A stretch of DNA of 33,567 bases from Verrucomicrobiales bacterium (lineage in GTDB: Bacteria; Verrucomicrobiota; Verrucomicrobiia; Verrucomicrobiales; V1-33), in NCBI GenBank assembly GCA_028293305.1, contig JAQGPD010000285.1:1-33567 (forward strand). The letters are read 5' to 3'. Within the stretch, counting starts at the first letter, position 1; every line of letters starts with the position of its first letter. A program made the translations under genes and the position numbers. The notes under the pieces were generated by a model. It ran no database searches and had not been told where the DNA came from. It worked only from the letters and a program-made list of their open reading frames with translations. Positions 25,327 through 33,049 of this stretch are shown in pieces.

Positions 25327-27900
25327 ATGAAACTTCACGCCCATCCCGCCATTTTAATGGCCGCCGGTCTCTTCCTGGTCGCCTGCGATCAAGGAGGCCC
25401 CACCGTTGGCCTCGCGGCCGCCGCGCCGTCGGACACCACGTCCACCAACCCGCCGCCGGTCCCCGTCACCGCCGCGCCAGCTGAAGATCCCGCCGCGTTG
25501 GAAAAACAAATCGAGGACCTGAAGCAACAGGAAGCGACCCTCCGCCTCCAAATGCAGCAGGACGAACTTGCCGCTCAAAAAGCGGACCTTGAGCGCGACC
25601 GCGAAGCCCTCGCCAAGGAAAAGGAAAATCAGTCCACCGCGCCAGCCGCACCCCCGGTGGAAGCCGCCGACCCCGCCCCAAGGATCACCCAGGCGGGCTC
25701 CGCCACCCCACCCTCGGCGGACACGGATTCGCGTGACTATCAAATGTTCTACGAAGGCCTGGCTCCCTATGGCCGCTGGTTCGAAACTCCGGAATATGGT
25801 TATGTCTGGCAGCCTTCCGACCGCGACCAAGGCTGGCGTCCCTACACCATGGGCCGCTGGGCGGACTCCGATCAGGGTTGGACGTGGATCTCGGACGAGC
25901 CTTTCGGTTGGGCCACCTATCATTATGGACGTTGGGCCCTCATCCAAAACCGCGGCTGGATCTGGGTTCCCGGCGATACCTGGGCGCCAGCCTGGGTCAC
26001 ATGGCGGAACAATGAGGAATACGTCGGCTGGTCCCCGATGCCGCCGGAAACCGTCTATGTCGATGACACCACCTATGGTCCGTCCATCGACGAGGAATAT
26101 GGCATCGCGCCGGACTCCTACATCTTCATGCCCGTCAGGCATTTTGACGAGCCCGTCTATACCTACTGCCGGCCCGTCGCCGAGAATATCAGTTATTTCA
26201 GCGCCACCATCGCCATCACCAATATCATCATCCGCTCCGGCCGCGTGCATTGCGGAGGTCCGGACGTGGGCTGGGTGAATCGTTATGTTTCCCGTCCGCT
26301 AACCCATTACCGCCTGGATCGTGACCGCGGTTGGGACTACGGTGGCAACTACCGCCCCCGCTTTGACGGCGACCGCTTGAATTGTTATTCCCCCCGCATC
26401 CGGAACAGCTGGAACGAAGGCATCCGCCCCTCCCGCATTCAGGACCGCTGGGATGATGTCCGCGTCGTCCGCCGTCAGGATGCCTTCCGTGGCGACCTCG
26501 CCCGCCGCTTCCAGCAGGAGCATCGCAACCGCCGGGATCGCGCCGAAGCCGCGCTCCGCACCGAACCCGTGCGCCGCCTTGCCGAACGTCACGGCAGCCT
26601 GGAAAAAATCCGGTCCCAACGCGAACAATTGGCGACCCGTCAAACCGGAGGCCGTCCCCGCGAGGGCAGTTCCCGGAACGACGATCCACGTCAGGGCCGC
26701 AACGCCGACGCCCGCGATCTTGCCGAACGCAATGAGCGCAACGAACGTCTGGAGCGGGCCAAAAACGAATTGAAGACACGCCAGCAGGAAGTGGAGCGCC
26801 TCCGCCAGCAGCGGGAGTCCGCCGGCAATGGCCGGGGAAACCGCAATCCCGATGGCCGCCCTAACGAAAACACCCCGGGCAACCGCGGGAACAACAAGCC
26901 CGGAGCAAACGACAATAACAACGATCGCGATCCCGCCGAAGCCGCCCGCCGTGAGCAGGCCCGTCAACAAAACGAGGCCCGCCAAAAGCAGGAGGAGCAA
27001 CAACGCGGTCAGCGCGGCGACAACAAACCCGGCAACAGTAACAACGATCGCGATCCTGCCGAAGCCGCCCGCCGCGAACAGGCCCGCCAACAAAACGAAG
27101 CCCGCCAAAAGCAGGAGGAACAACAACGCGGTCAACGGGGCGACAATAAACCCGGCAACAATAACAACGAAAACGACCGCGCCGAAGCCGCCCGCCGTGA
27201 GCAGGCCCGCCAACAAAACGAAGCCCGCCAAAAGCAGGAGGAACAACAACGCTTCCAGCGCGGCAACACCAACCCCGGCAACAAAAATAACAACAACGAC
27301 CAAGCCGAAGCCGCCCGCCGCGAGCAGGCCCGCCAGCGTCAGGCGGCCGAGCAGCAACAAAACGAGCAACGCCAACGCCAGGCAGCAGAACAACAACAGC
27401 GGGGAAATCGGGACCGCGAGGAAAACGCCAAGCGTGAGCAATCGCGTCAGCAAAACGAATCCCGTCAGCGTCAGGCCCAGCAGGAACAACAACAAAACGA
27501 GGCCCGCCAACGTGGAGCCAACGAAGCCCGCCAGCGCCAGGCGCAGGAAAACGAAGCCCGCCAACGCAACGCCCAGCAACAACAACAAAACGAGGCCCGC
27601 CAACGCGGAGCCAACGAAGCCCGCCAGCGCCAAGCGCAGGAAAACGAAGCCCGCCAGCGCAACGCCCAGCAACAACAACAAAACGAATCCCGCCAACGTG
27701 GAGCCAACGAAGCCCGCCAGCGTCATGCGCAGGAAAACGAAGCCCGCCAGCGCAACGCCCAGCAACAACAACAAAACGAAGCCCGGCAACGTCAGGCCCA
27801 GCAGCAGCAACAACAACAACAGAACCAGCAACGCGGCGGCGGTTCGGAAAACAAAAAGAAATCCAACGACGACAAGCCCGACAAGAAAAACGGACGCTAA
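25327..27900 (+). CDS. Lipoprotein with Trp-rich (DUF6600-like?) N-terminal domain and very long Q/N/E/A/R repeat tail
   Basis: 857 aa. Lipobox 'LFLVAC' at residues 15-20. 'YHYGRWALIQNRGWIWVPGDTWAPAWVTWR' Trp-rich repeats. The C-terminal ~350 aa are built from two tandem arrays. A strong terminator follows. Confidence 0.8.
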   Translation: MKLHAHPAILMAAGLFLVACDQGGPTVGLAAAAPSDTTSTNPPPVPVTAAPAEDPAALEKQIEDLKQQEATLRLQMQQDELAAQKADLERDREALAKEKENQSTAPAAPPVEAADPAPRITQAGSATPPSADTDSRDYQMFYEGLAPYGRWFETPEYGYVWQPSDRDQGWRPYTMGRWADSDQGWTWISDEPFGWATYHYGRWALIQNRGWIWVPGDTWAPAWVTWRNNEEYVGWSPMPPETVYVDDTTYGPSIDEEYGIAPDSYIFMPVRHFDEPVYTYCRPVAENISYFSATIAITNIIIRSGRVHCGGPDVGWVNRYVSRPLTHYRLDRDRGWDYGGNYRPRFDGDRLNCYSPRIRNSWNEGIRPSRIQDRWDDVRVVRRQDAFRGDLARRFQQEHRNRRDRAEAALRTEPVRRLAERHGSLEKIRSQREQLATRQTGGRPREGSSRNDDPRQGRNADARDLAERNERNERLERAKNELKTRQQEVERLRQQRESAGNGRGNRNPDGRPNENTPGNRGNNKPGANDNNNDRDPAEAARREQARQQNEARQKQEEQQRGQRGDNKPGNSNNDRDPAEAARREQARQQNEARQKQEEQQRGQRGDNKPGNNNNENDRAEAARREQARQQNEARQKQEEQQRFQRGNTNPGNKNNNNDQAEAARREQARQRQAAEQQQNEQRQRQAAEQQQRGNRDREENAKREQSRQQNESRQRQAQQEQQQNEARQRGANEARQRQAQENEARQRNAQQQQQNEARQRGANEARQRQAQENEARQRNAQQQQQNESRQRGANEARQRHAQENEARQRNAQQQQQNEARQRQAQQQQQQQQNQQRGGGSENKKKSNDDKPDKKNGR
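26920..27340 (+). repeat. In-frame 123-bp (41-aa) tandem array, ~3.5 copies
   Basis: Anchor GAAGCCGCCCGCCG recurs at 26938, 27061, 27184 and 27307 (exact 123-bp spacing). Unit: DRDPAEAARREQARQQNEARQKQEEQQRGQRGDNKPGNxNN. Confidence 0.9.
27496..27810 (+). repeat. In-frame 93-bp (31-aa) tandem array, ~3.3 copies, about 3 mismatches per 93 bp between the first two copies
   Basis: Unit starts AACGA(G/A) at 27496, 27589, 27682 and 27775. Unit: NEARQRGANEARQRQAQENEARQRNAQQQQQ. Confidence 0.9.
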
Positions 27901-27911
27901 CCCCGCATCGC

Positions 27912-27949
27912 AAAAAAGCCCATTCCCACCCGGGAATGGGCTTTTTTTG
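27912..27949 (+). terminator. Rho-independent terminator (potentially bidirectional)
   Basis: Stem AGCCCATTCCC (27917-27927) pairs with GGGAATGGGCT (27932-27942), 11 bp. Loop ACCC. T7 run 27942-27948. An A6 run precedes the stem. Lies 12 nt after the stop of the 857-aa gene. Confidence 0.85.
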
Positions 27950-28202
27950 TGCCCCGCACCGTGGACTGCGGAGACTTGTCTCCGCTTTCCCGGACGAAGC
28001 TTGCTGAGTCGTTTCTCCTCCGCGTTCTTTCCCCAAAGCCCGTCAAGCCTCCGTCACGACGGCATGTTTCCGACGACTCAATGAATGAAGCCAGCCAAAT
28101 CCTATCAAGCCAAGGACTACTGTCCACTGCGCTGGAAGTTCCTGCAAAGCACGGTCCTGCTGAATCCTGCCAGGAATCTCCTCCAACTCGCCAGATCCTG
28201 AC

Positions 28203-28231
28203 AAAAAGCGGGTGGGGCCGCATCCGCTTTT
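28203..28231 (-). terminator. Candidate intrinsic terminator of the EEP gene
   Basis: - strand reads AAAAGCGG-atgcggccccac-CCGCTTTTT: an 8-bp stem (half A-U), a 12-nt loop and a T5 run. It lies 19 nt downstream of the stop at 28250. Weak stem. Confidence 0.4.
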
Positions 28232-28249
28232 CCGAAAACCTCAAAGCCC

Positions 28250-29278
28250 TCACAGACCCACGGTAATCAGCTGCCAGGCATGATCGTAGAAACCGGGCGT
28301 GCCTTTTTGCGCGCGTAGCGGGCGGAGGTCGGGCGACATCCAAATGTGGTCGATGGACAGGAGCGGCAGGCCCAGGGGCCATGTGGCATTCCCGGGAGAG
28401 CCAGGGGATTGGCTCAGGCCGTGGTTCCATGCGTGCCGCCACGGGTCAAAAGCGGTGGAATCGTAGGGGGTGTTGAAATCACCGATGACGAGAGTTCTCG
28501 GCGCTGAGCCGGCGAATTGGCGGACGGCTTCCGTGCGGTCCGTGCGGGGAAGCAGCGGCCATGGGCCAAGATCCGCGAGGATGAGCTGCCAATGTTCCGC
28601 TGGATTGTCGGTGAACTGGCAGTGGAGCCAAAGGGCGTTGGTGCGGCTGGGAAGGTGGATGGTTTTTTGCAATTGAGCCCGGCCCAGCACCGCCAGGAGT
28701 ATGCCGCCCGGCAGCCGGGAAATGTGATAGTCAGGATGCCGGACCCGCATGGCCGCGAGGTCCTCCGGTGACTGTTTCTCCGCCTCCGCGAGCACGAGGA
28801 TGTCAGGGCGGTGGCGCTGCAGGAGCTCATGAACCTGCGCGGGAACCTGCCTGGGATGGTTGATATTCCAAAACAGCACCGTGCGGGCAGGACCGGCCAC
28901 CGATCCGGGAGGGATGGGTGCCAAAGGCGGCGGAGCGGGGGAGAATTTCCAGCCGGCAAAAGTAACCAGCAAACCAAGCCCGGCCAATCCGAGTCTGAGT
29001 CGCAAGCCCCGGCGATTCAGGAAAGCCGGTAGCGCGAGCAGCGGCCATGAAACCAACAAAATGGGCCAGGGGCCGATGTAAAAAAACAGGGCGGACCAAT
29101 CGTGGGCATCCCTCACCGTCAGTCGGACGAGGAGACAAATCCATGTCAGGATCAGCAGTGCCCAGGGCAGCCGGGATGCCGCCAGGCGGTGCAGGCCACG
29201 TTTCCAACGGTTCGTCGCTAACATTCCATCGGCGCTCCTCGCGGCCGGGGCGCGGGAAGCACGCGAAGTGATAGGCAT
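28250..29278 (-). CDS. Membrane-anchored endonuclease/exonuclease/phosphatase (EEP) family protein
   Basis: 342 aa. About 3-4 N-terminal TM helices. EEP motifs 'VLFWNINH', 'ILVLAEAE', 'VIGDFNTP', 'SIDHIWMS'. Confidence 0.8.
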   Translation of the reverse strand: MPITSRASRAPAARSADGMLATNRWKRGLHRLAASRLPWALLILTWICLLVRLTVRDAHDWSALFFYIGPWPILLVSWPLLALPAFLNRRGLRLRLGLAGLGLLVTFAGWKFSPAPPPLAPIPPGSVAGPARTVLFWNINHPRQVPAQVHELLQRHRPDILVLAEAEKQSPEDLAAMRVRHPDYHISRLPGGILLAVLGRAQLQKTIHLPSRTNALWLHCQFTDNPAEHWQLILADLGPWPLLPRTDRTEAVRQFAGSAPRTLVIGDFNTPYDSTAFDPWRHAWNHGLSQSPGSPGNATWPLGLPLLSIDHIWMSPDLRPLRAQKGTPGFYDHAWQLITVGL

Positions 29279-29371
29279 GGCGGTCGGAGGCGTGGGCCGG
29301 TCAGGATTTCCATGGGCGGTCCATGCCCCCCCGGGGGAAGGCGGCCCGCCCTGGAATGAAGTGGACTTTTT

Positions 29372-30619
29372 TTAGCCGCGGATCATGCCGGCGGCGACGG
29401 TTTCGTTGGTGCCCGCATCGATGAGGATGAAGCTGCCGGTGATGCGGTTCTTGCTATAGGGATCGAAAATGATAGGGGCGCTGGTCCGAATGGAGATGCG
29501 GCCGATGTCGTTCATCTGGAACTCGAGGTCGTCCTCGATTTTATGCAGGGTATTGATATTGACCTTGTATTTGACTTCCTTGATGACGGCCTGGACCTCG
29601 CGGGTGGTGTGGCGGAGGATGAAGCGGCCGCGGGGATTCAGCGGTTTTTCGCCGAACCAACAGATCATGGCCTCCAGGTCCTGACCCACCTGGGGCGGGT
29701 TGTTAGCCTTCACGATCATGTCGCCGCGGCTGGTGTCAATTTCGTCCTCCAGGAGGAGCGTGACCGAGAGCGGGCTGTAGGCTTCCTCGAGCGGGCCGTC
29801 GAGGGTGTGGATTTCCTTGATGCGGGACTGGAAGCCGCTGGGGAGGACGGTGACGGCATCGCCAGGCTTGAAGACGCCACCGGCCACGCGGCCGCTGAAG
29901 CCGCGGAAGTCATGCCATTCATCGCTCTGCGGGCGGATGACCCATTGCACGGGGAAGCGCGCTTCGACGTGGTTTTCGGTGGTGCCCACATACACGGTCT
30001 CGAGATGATAGAGCAGGGTGGGGCCTTGATACCAGGGCATGGCTTCCGACTTGTCCACCACGTTGTCGCCTTTCAGCGCGCTGATGGGGATGAAGGTCAT
30101 TTCCACCAGGTTGTCGAGGCGGCTGGCGAAGCATTGGAAGGCTTCTTTGATTTCCTCGAACTTGGCCTCGGAGTAGTCCACGAGGTCCATTTTGTTGATG
30201 GCGATAACCACATGCTGGATCCGCAGCAAATTGGCCAGGAACGCGTGTCGGCAGGTCTGCTCGATCACGCCTTTGCGGGCATCGATCAAAATGATGGCCA
30301 GATTCGCCGTGCTCGCGCCGGTGACCATGTTGCGGGTGTATTGGATATGCCCCGGCGTGTCCGCGATGATGAATTTCCGCCGCGGGGTGGCAAAGTAACG
30401 ATAGGCCACATCAATAGTGATACCTTGCTCGCGTTCGGCGCGCAGGCCATCGGTTAGCAAGGCGAGGTCCACATGCTCGTCCCCACGCTTTTTGGAAAAA
30501 CGCTCCACCGCCGCGAGCTGGTCCTCGAAGATGGATTTGGAGTCGTAAAGCAGACGGCCAATGAGGGTGGATTTGCCGTCGTCGACGGAACCGGCGGTGG
30601 TGAAGCGTAGAAGATCCAT
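29372..30619 (-). CDS. cysN: Sulfate adenylyltransferase subunit 1 (GTPase), without fused APS kinase
   Basis: 415 aa. 'LRFTTAGSVDDGKSTLIGRLLYDSK' G1, 'DTPGH' G3, 'NKMD' G4. Typical CysN length and domain order. Confidence 0.92.
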   Translation of the reverse strand: MDLLRFTTAGSVDDGKSTLIGRLLYDSKSIFEDQLAAVERFSKKRGDEHVDLALLTDGLRAEREQGITIDVAYRYFATPRRKFIIADTPGHIQYTRNMVTGASTANLAIILIDARKGVIEQTCRHAFLANLLRIQHVVIAINKMDLVDYSEAKFEEIKEAFQCFASRLDNLVEMTFIPISALKGDNVVDKSEAMPWYQGPTLLYHLETVYVGTTENHVEARFPVQWVIRPQSDEWHDFRGFSGRVAGGVFKPGDAVTVLPSGFQSRIKEIHTLDGPLEEAYSPLSVTLLLEDEIDTSRGDMIVKANNPPQVGQDLEAMICWFGEKPLNPRGRFILRHTTREVQAVIKEVKYKVNINTLHKIEDDLEFQMNDIGRISIRTSAPIIFDPYSKNRITGSFILIDAGTNETVAAGMIRG

Positions 30620-30622
30620 GGT

Positions 30623-30680
30623 GGAAAATTGGGAAATAAGAAAATAAGAAATTAAGAAATTAAGAAATAGGAAGATAGGC
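30623..30680. repeat. AT-rich periodic tract (GAAATTAA/GAAAATAA units, 7-8-bp period, ~7 units; complement TTAATTTC)
   Basis: Read directly: ggaaaattgggaaataagaaaataagaaattaagaaattaagaaataggaagatagg, between the vapC stop (30693) and the cysN start (30619). Confidence 0.8.
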
Positions 30681-30692
30681 GAATTGGAAATG

Positions 30693-31094
30693 TTATGCTT
30701 GCCAGTCTTCGATTTTCAGGCCGGGGACGCGGGAGAATTCGTGGGTGTTATTGGTGACGAGCGTCATGTCATTAGCCAAGGCTATCGCCGCAATCATGGT
30801 GTCGTGTGGGCCGATTCGTGTGCCGGTTTGGCTCAGAAAGGCATGGATTTTTCCAAAAACGCTGGCTGAGGCGTCGTCAAAAGGACAACTCGGCAGGTCT
30901 TCAAAAATTTGGGAAAGACGGGCCAGACTGCGACCAGGGTCCGGGCTCTTCCAGGCACCGTATAGCATTTCCGCTTTTACAACGGAGCACAGAAAAAGGT
31001 GGCCCGGCGGGGTAGCTGAAATCCTGGCAGTGATTTGTGGACATTTGCCGCCAAGATGCCGGGAAACGGCGTTAGTATCCAGGAGCCACTTCAT
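30693..31094 (-). CDS. vapC: PIN-domain type II toxin (VapC family)
   Basis: 133 aa. 'WLLDTNAV' (Asp1), 'SVVKAEMLYG' (Glu), 'GPHDTMIAAIA' (Asp), 'LVTNNTHEF' C-terminal motif. ATGA overlap with the upstream small ORF. Confidence 0.85.
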   Translation of the reverse strand: MKWLLDTNAVSRHLGGKCPQITARISATPPGHLFLCSVVKAEMLYGAWKSPDPGRSLARLSQIFEDLPSCPFDDASASVFGKIHAFLSQTGTRIGPHDTMIAAIALANDMTLVTNNTHEFSRVPGLKIEDWQA

Positions 31095-31330
31095 GGGAAT
31101 GGGTCGCGGTCAGTTTCCCAGGGGGACTCCTCATAATCTTCCGGAAAATCCGGTAGCGAGCCTGCGGCGGCCACGAACCTGGCGTGCTTTTCCTCCAGGG
31201 TCCGCCCTGGCTTCCCCGCCTCCTGGGCAAAAAGGTCGATGGTTGCCCTCACCAAAAATTCCATTTCGGCGCGTTTGGCGGCGTCGAGTTGGTTGAGGGT
31301 TTGGTCCAGTTGGAGGGCAAGCGTGCTCAT
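31091..31330 (-). CDS. Putative antitoxin partner of VapC (family not recognised)
   Basis: 79-aa ORF whose stop overlaps the vapC start (ATGA at 31091-31094). Acidic C-terminus. Position and size fit a type II antitoxin. No DNA-binding fold recognisable by eye. Confidence 0.6.
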   Translation of the reverse strand: MSTLALQLDQTLNQLDAAKRAEMEFLVRATIDLFAQEAGKPGRTLEEKHARFVAAAGSLPDFPEDYEESPWETDRDPFP

Positions 31331-31336
31331 GGTGAC

Positions 31337-32254
31337 TTAAAAATAGCCTTCTTTTTTCCGGTCTTCCATCGCGGATTCGCTGCGTTGGTCGTCGGCGCGG
31401 GTGCCGCGTTCGGTTTGGCGGGCGGCGGCTACTTCGGCGATGATGTCGTCCAGGGTGGCGGCGGGGGATTCCACGGCGCCGGTGCAGGTCACGTCGCCGA
31501 TGGTGCGGAAACGCATGGTTTTTTCAAGGATGGGTTCCTCGGGTTGGGGTTGGGCGAATCCGGTTTCCGCATCCAGCCATGAGCCATCGCGTTGGAAAAC
31601 GCGGCGTTGGTGGCTGAAGTAGATATTGGGAAGCGGGATGTTTTCCTGACGGATGTAAAGCCACACATCCATTTCCGTCCAATTGCTCAGCGGAAAGACG
31701 CGGAATTGCTCGCCCTCGTGCATGCGGCCGTTGAAAAGATTCCACAGTTCCGGGCGCTGGTTTTTCGGATCCCATTGGCCGAAGTCGTTGCGGTGGCTGA
31801 AAAACCGTTCCTTGGCGCGCGCTTTTTCCTCATCCCGACGGCCGCCGCCGAGGCAGGCGTCGAATTTGTTATCAGCGATGGCGTCCAGAAGGGTCACCGT
31901 TTGCAGCTTGTTCCGGCTGGCGCGGTGGCCTTTTTCCTCCACCACCCGGCCTTGGTCGATGCTGTCCTGCACCTTGGCCACCAACAGGTTGGCCCCGATG
32001 TTCTTCACAAATTCATCGCGATACACCAAGGTCTCCGGGAAATTGTGACCCGTGTCCACATGCAGCAGGGTGAACGGAAGTCGTGCCGGATGGAAGGCCT
32101 TCCGCGCCAGCCAGGCCATGACGATGGAGTCCTTCCCGCCCGAGAAGAGCAGCGCGGGATTGCGGAACTGCGCCGCGGTCTCGCGGAGCACATAGATGGC
32201 CTCGGACTCCAATTGCTGGAGCAGGCTGACATTGTAGGATCGGATGGCGGACAT
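31337..32254 (-). CDS. cysD: Sulfate adenylyltransferase subunit 2
   Basis: ORF 31337..32299 trimmed to ATG 32254 (MSAIRSYN...). 'LLFSGGKDSIVM' PP-loop. 'RRDEEKARAKERFFS', 'DPKNQRPELWN', 'RTIGDVTCTG'. This is a canonical CysD signature. Confidence 0.92.
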   Translation of the reverse strand: MSAIRSYNVSLLQQLESEAIYVLRETAAQFRNPALLFSGGKDSIVMAWLARKAFHPARLPFTLLHVDTGHNFPETLVYRDEFVKNIGANLLVAKVQDSIDQGRVVEEKGHRASRNKLQTVTLLDAIADNKFDACLGGGRRDEEKARAKERFFSHRNDFGQWDPKNQRPELWNLFNGRMHEGEQFRVFPLSNWTEMDVWLYIRQENIPLPNIYFSHQRRVFQRDGSWLDAETGFAQPQPEEPILEKTMRFRTIGDVTCTGAVESPAATLDDIIAEVAAARQTERGTRADDQRSESAMEDRKKEGYF

Positions 32255-32572
32255 GGCGGAAATGGGACCCGACCATACCCCCGGTAAAACGCGCGGCAAG
32301 TGAATTCTCCTAATTTCCTATAGGGTTTTAGGGGAATTGAAATGAACTCGGTTACGCCGCCACCACGATGGCAGCCATGGGCACGGCGGAACGCCACCCG
32401 AGAGCGCCCATGGTAGGGCAGGCATTTCCCAGCCAGATTCAGGCGATATTAAAAAAACGGGCCGCGCTCCATCTCTAGCATGCCAGCCAGTGGCCGGTTT
32501 TTGGCAGGCTGGCGAACTCTTCCTCCAGGTTGGGAGCGAACCGAGGCAGGTGTTATGATGGCAACACCCGCG

Positions 32573-32624
32573 AGAAGAAAAAGTGCCGCAGTCCAGGGAG
32601 CGCGAATTCCAAGGACTGCGGCAC
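32573..32624 (-). terminator. Strong intrinsic-terminator-like hairpin with no credible upstream CDS (orphan terminator or attenuator)
   Basis: A perfect 12-bp stem: GTGCCGCAGTCC (32583-32594) pairs with GGACTGCGGCAC (32613-32624). 18-nt loop. On the - strand it is followed by TTTTTCTTCT. Lies about 330 nt upstream of the cysD start. Confidence 0.65.
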
Positions 32625-32791
32625 CAGGGCGGCGGGATTGCCATGCCCGGATTTTTCAGTGGCTGGTTAGGCCCGGGGGTGGTGGGGTGTGGCGGAGTGT
32701 TCGGCGGGGAGGGCGCTTTGGCGAGTGATGGATGGTAACAAGGTGGTTACGCGGGGTGGATGGATAGGAGGCAGATGGACAAAAGAGACCT

Positions 32792-32836
32792 AAAGGACGC
32801 AAAGGACGCAAAGGACGCAAAGGACGAAAGGGACGA
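32792..32836. repeat. 9-bp microsatellite AAAGGACGC x3 plus 2 degenerate copies
   Basis: Read directly: aaaggacgc aaaggacgc aaaggacgc aaaggacga aagggacga. Confidence 0.85.
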
Positions 32837-33049
32837 ACCGGCAAAGCCGAGGAAAAGGGTGAAAGGGTAAGGGTGAAGAGGGAAGGTAACCGCATTTTGC
32901 TAGTGGACGTGTTGGCACTGCCAATGCGCCTTTTTGTGTTCTCTGTGATCTTTGTGGCTAATAGCAATTTTTACCGGCTCGCGTGAAGGCCCGGCGGCAG
33001 TGTGGGATTTTTCTTGCCCGTGGCGGATGTGGCGGCGTTACTGCGCGGC

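Noticed and set aside
26299-28084. Three long ORFs (26299-27831 -, 26828-28084 +, 26861-28036 -) across the repeat region of the lipoprotein gene
   Set aside because: They are alternative frames of the CAG/CAA/CGC-rich tandem arrays, which stay open in several frames by composition. Only the 25327-27900 frame has a lipobox, a globular N-terminal domain and a terminator right after its stop.
27897-28442. 181-aa ORF on the - strand overlapping the 3' end of the EEP gene and crossing both terminators
   Set aside because: It overlaps a well-supported CDS in another frame and spans a strong terminator hairpin. It has no recognisable motifs.
32656-32967. 103-aa ORF (TTG start) encoding a Pro/Arg-rich peptide with RPLRPLRPLRPL
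   Set aside because: The third codon positions are T-rich, unlike the strongly GC3-biased real genes here. The repeat is just the 9-bp microsatellite read in frame. I kept it only as part of a possible non-coding RNA region.
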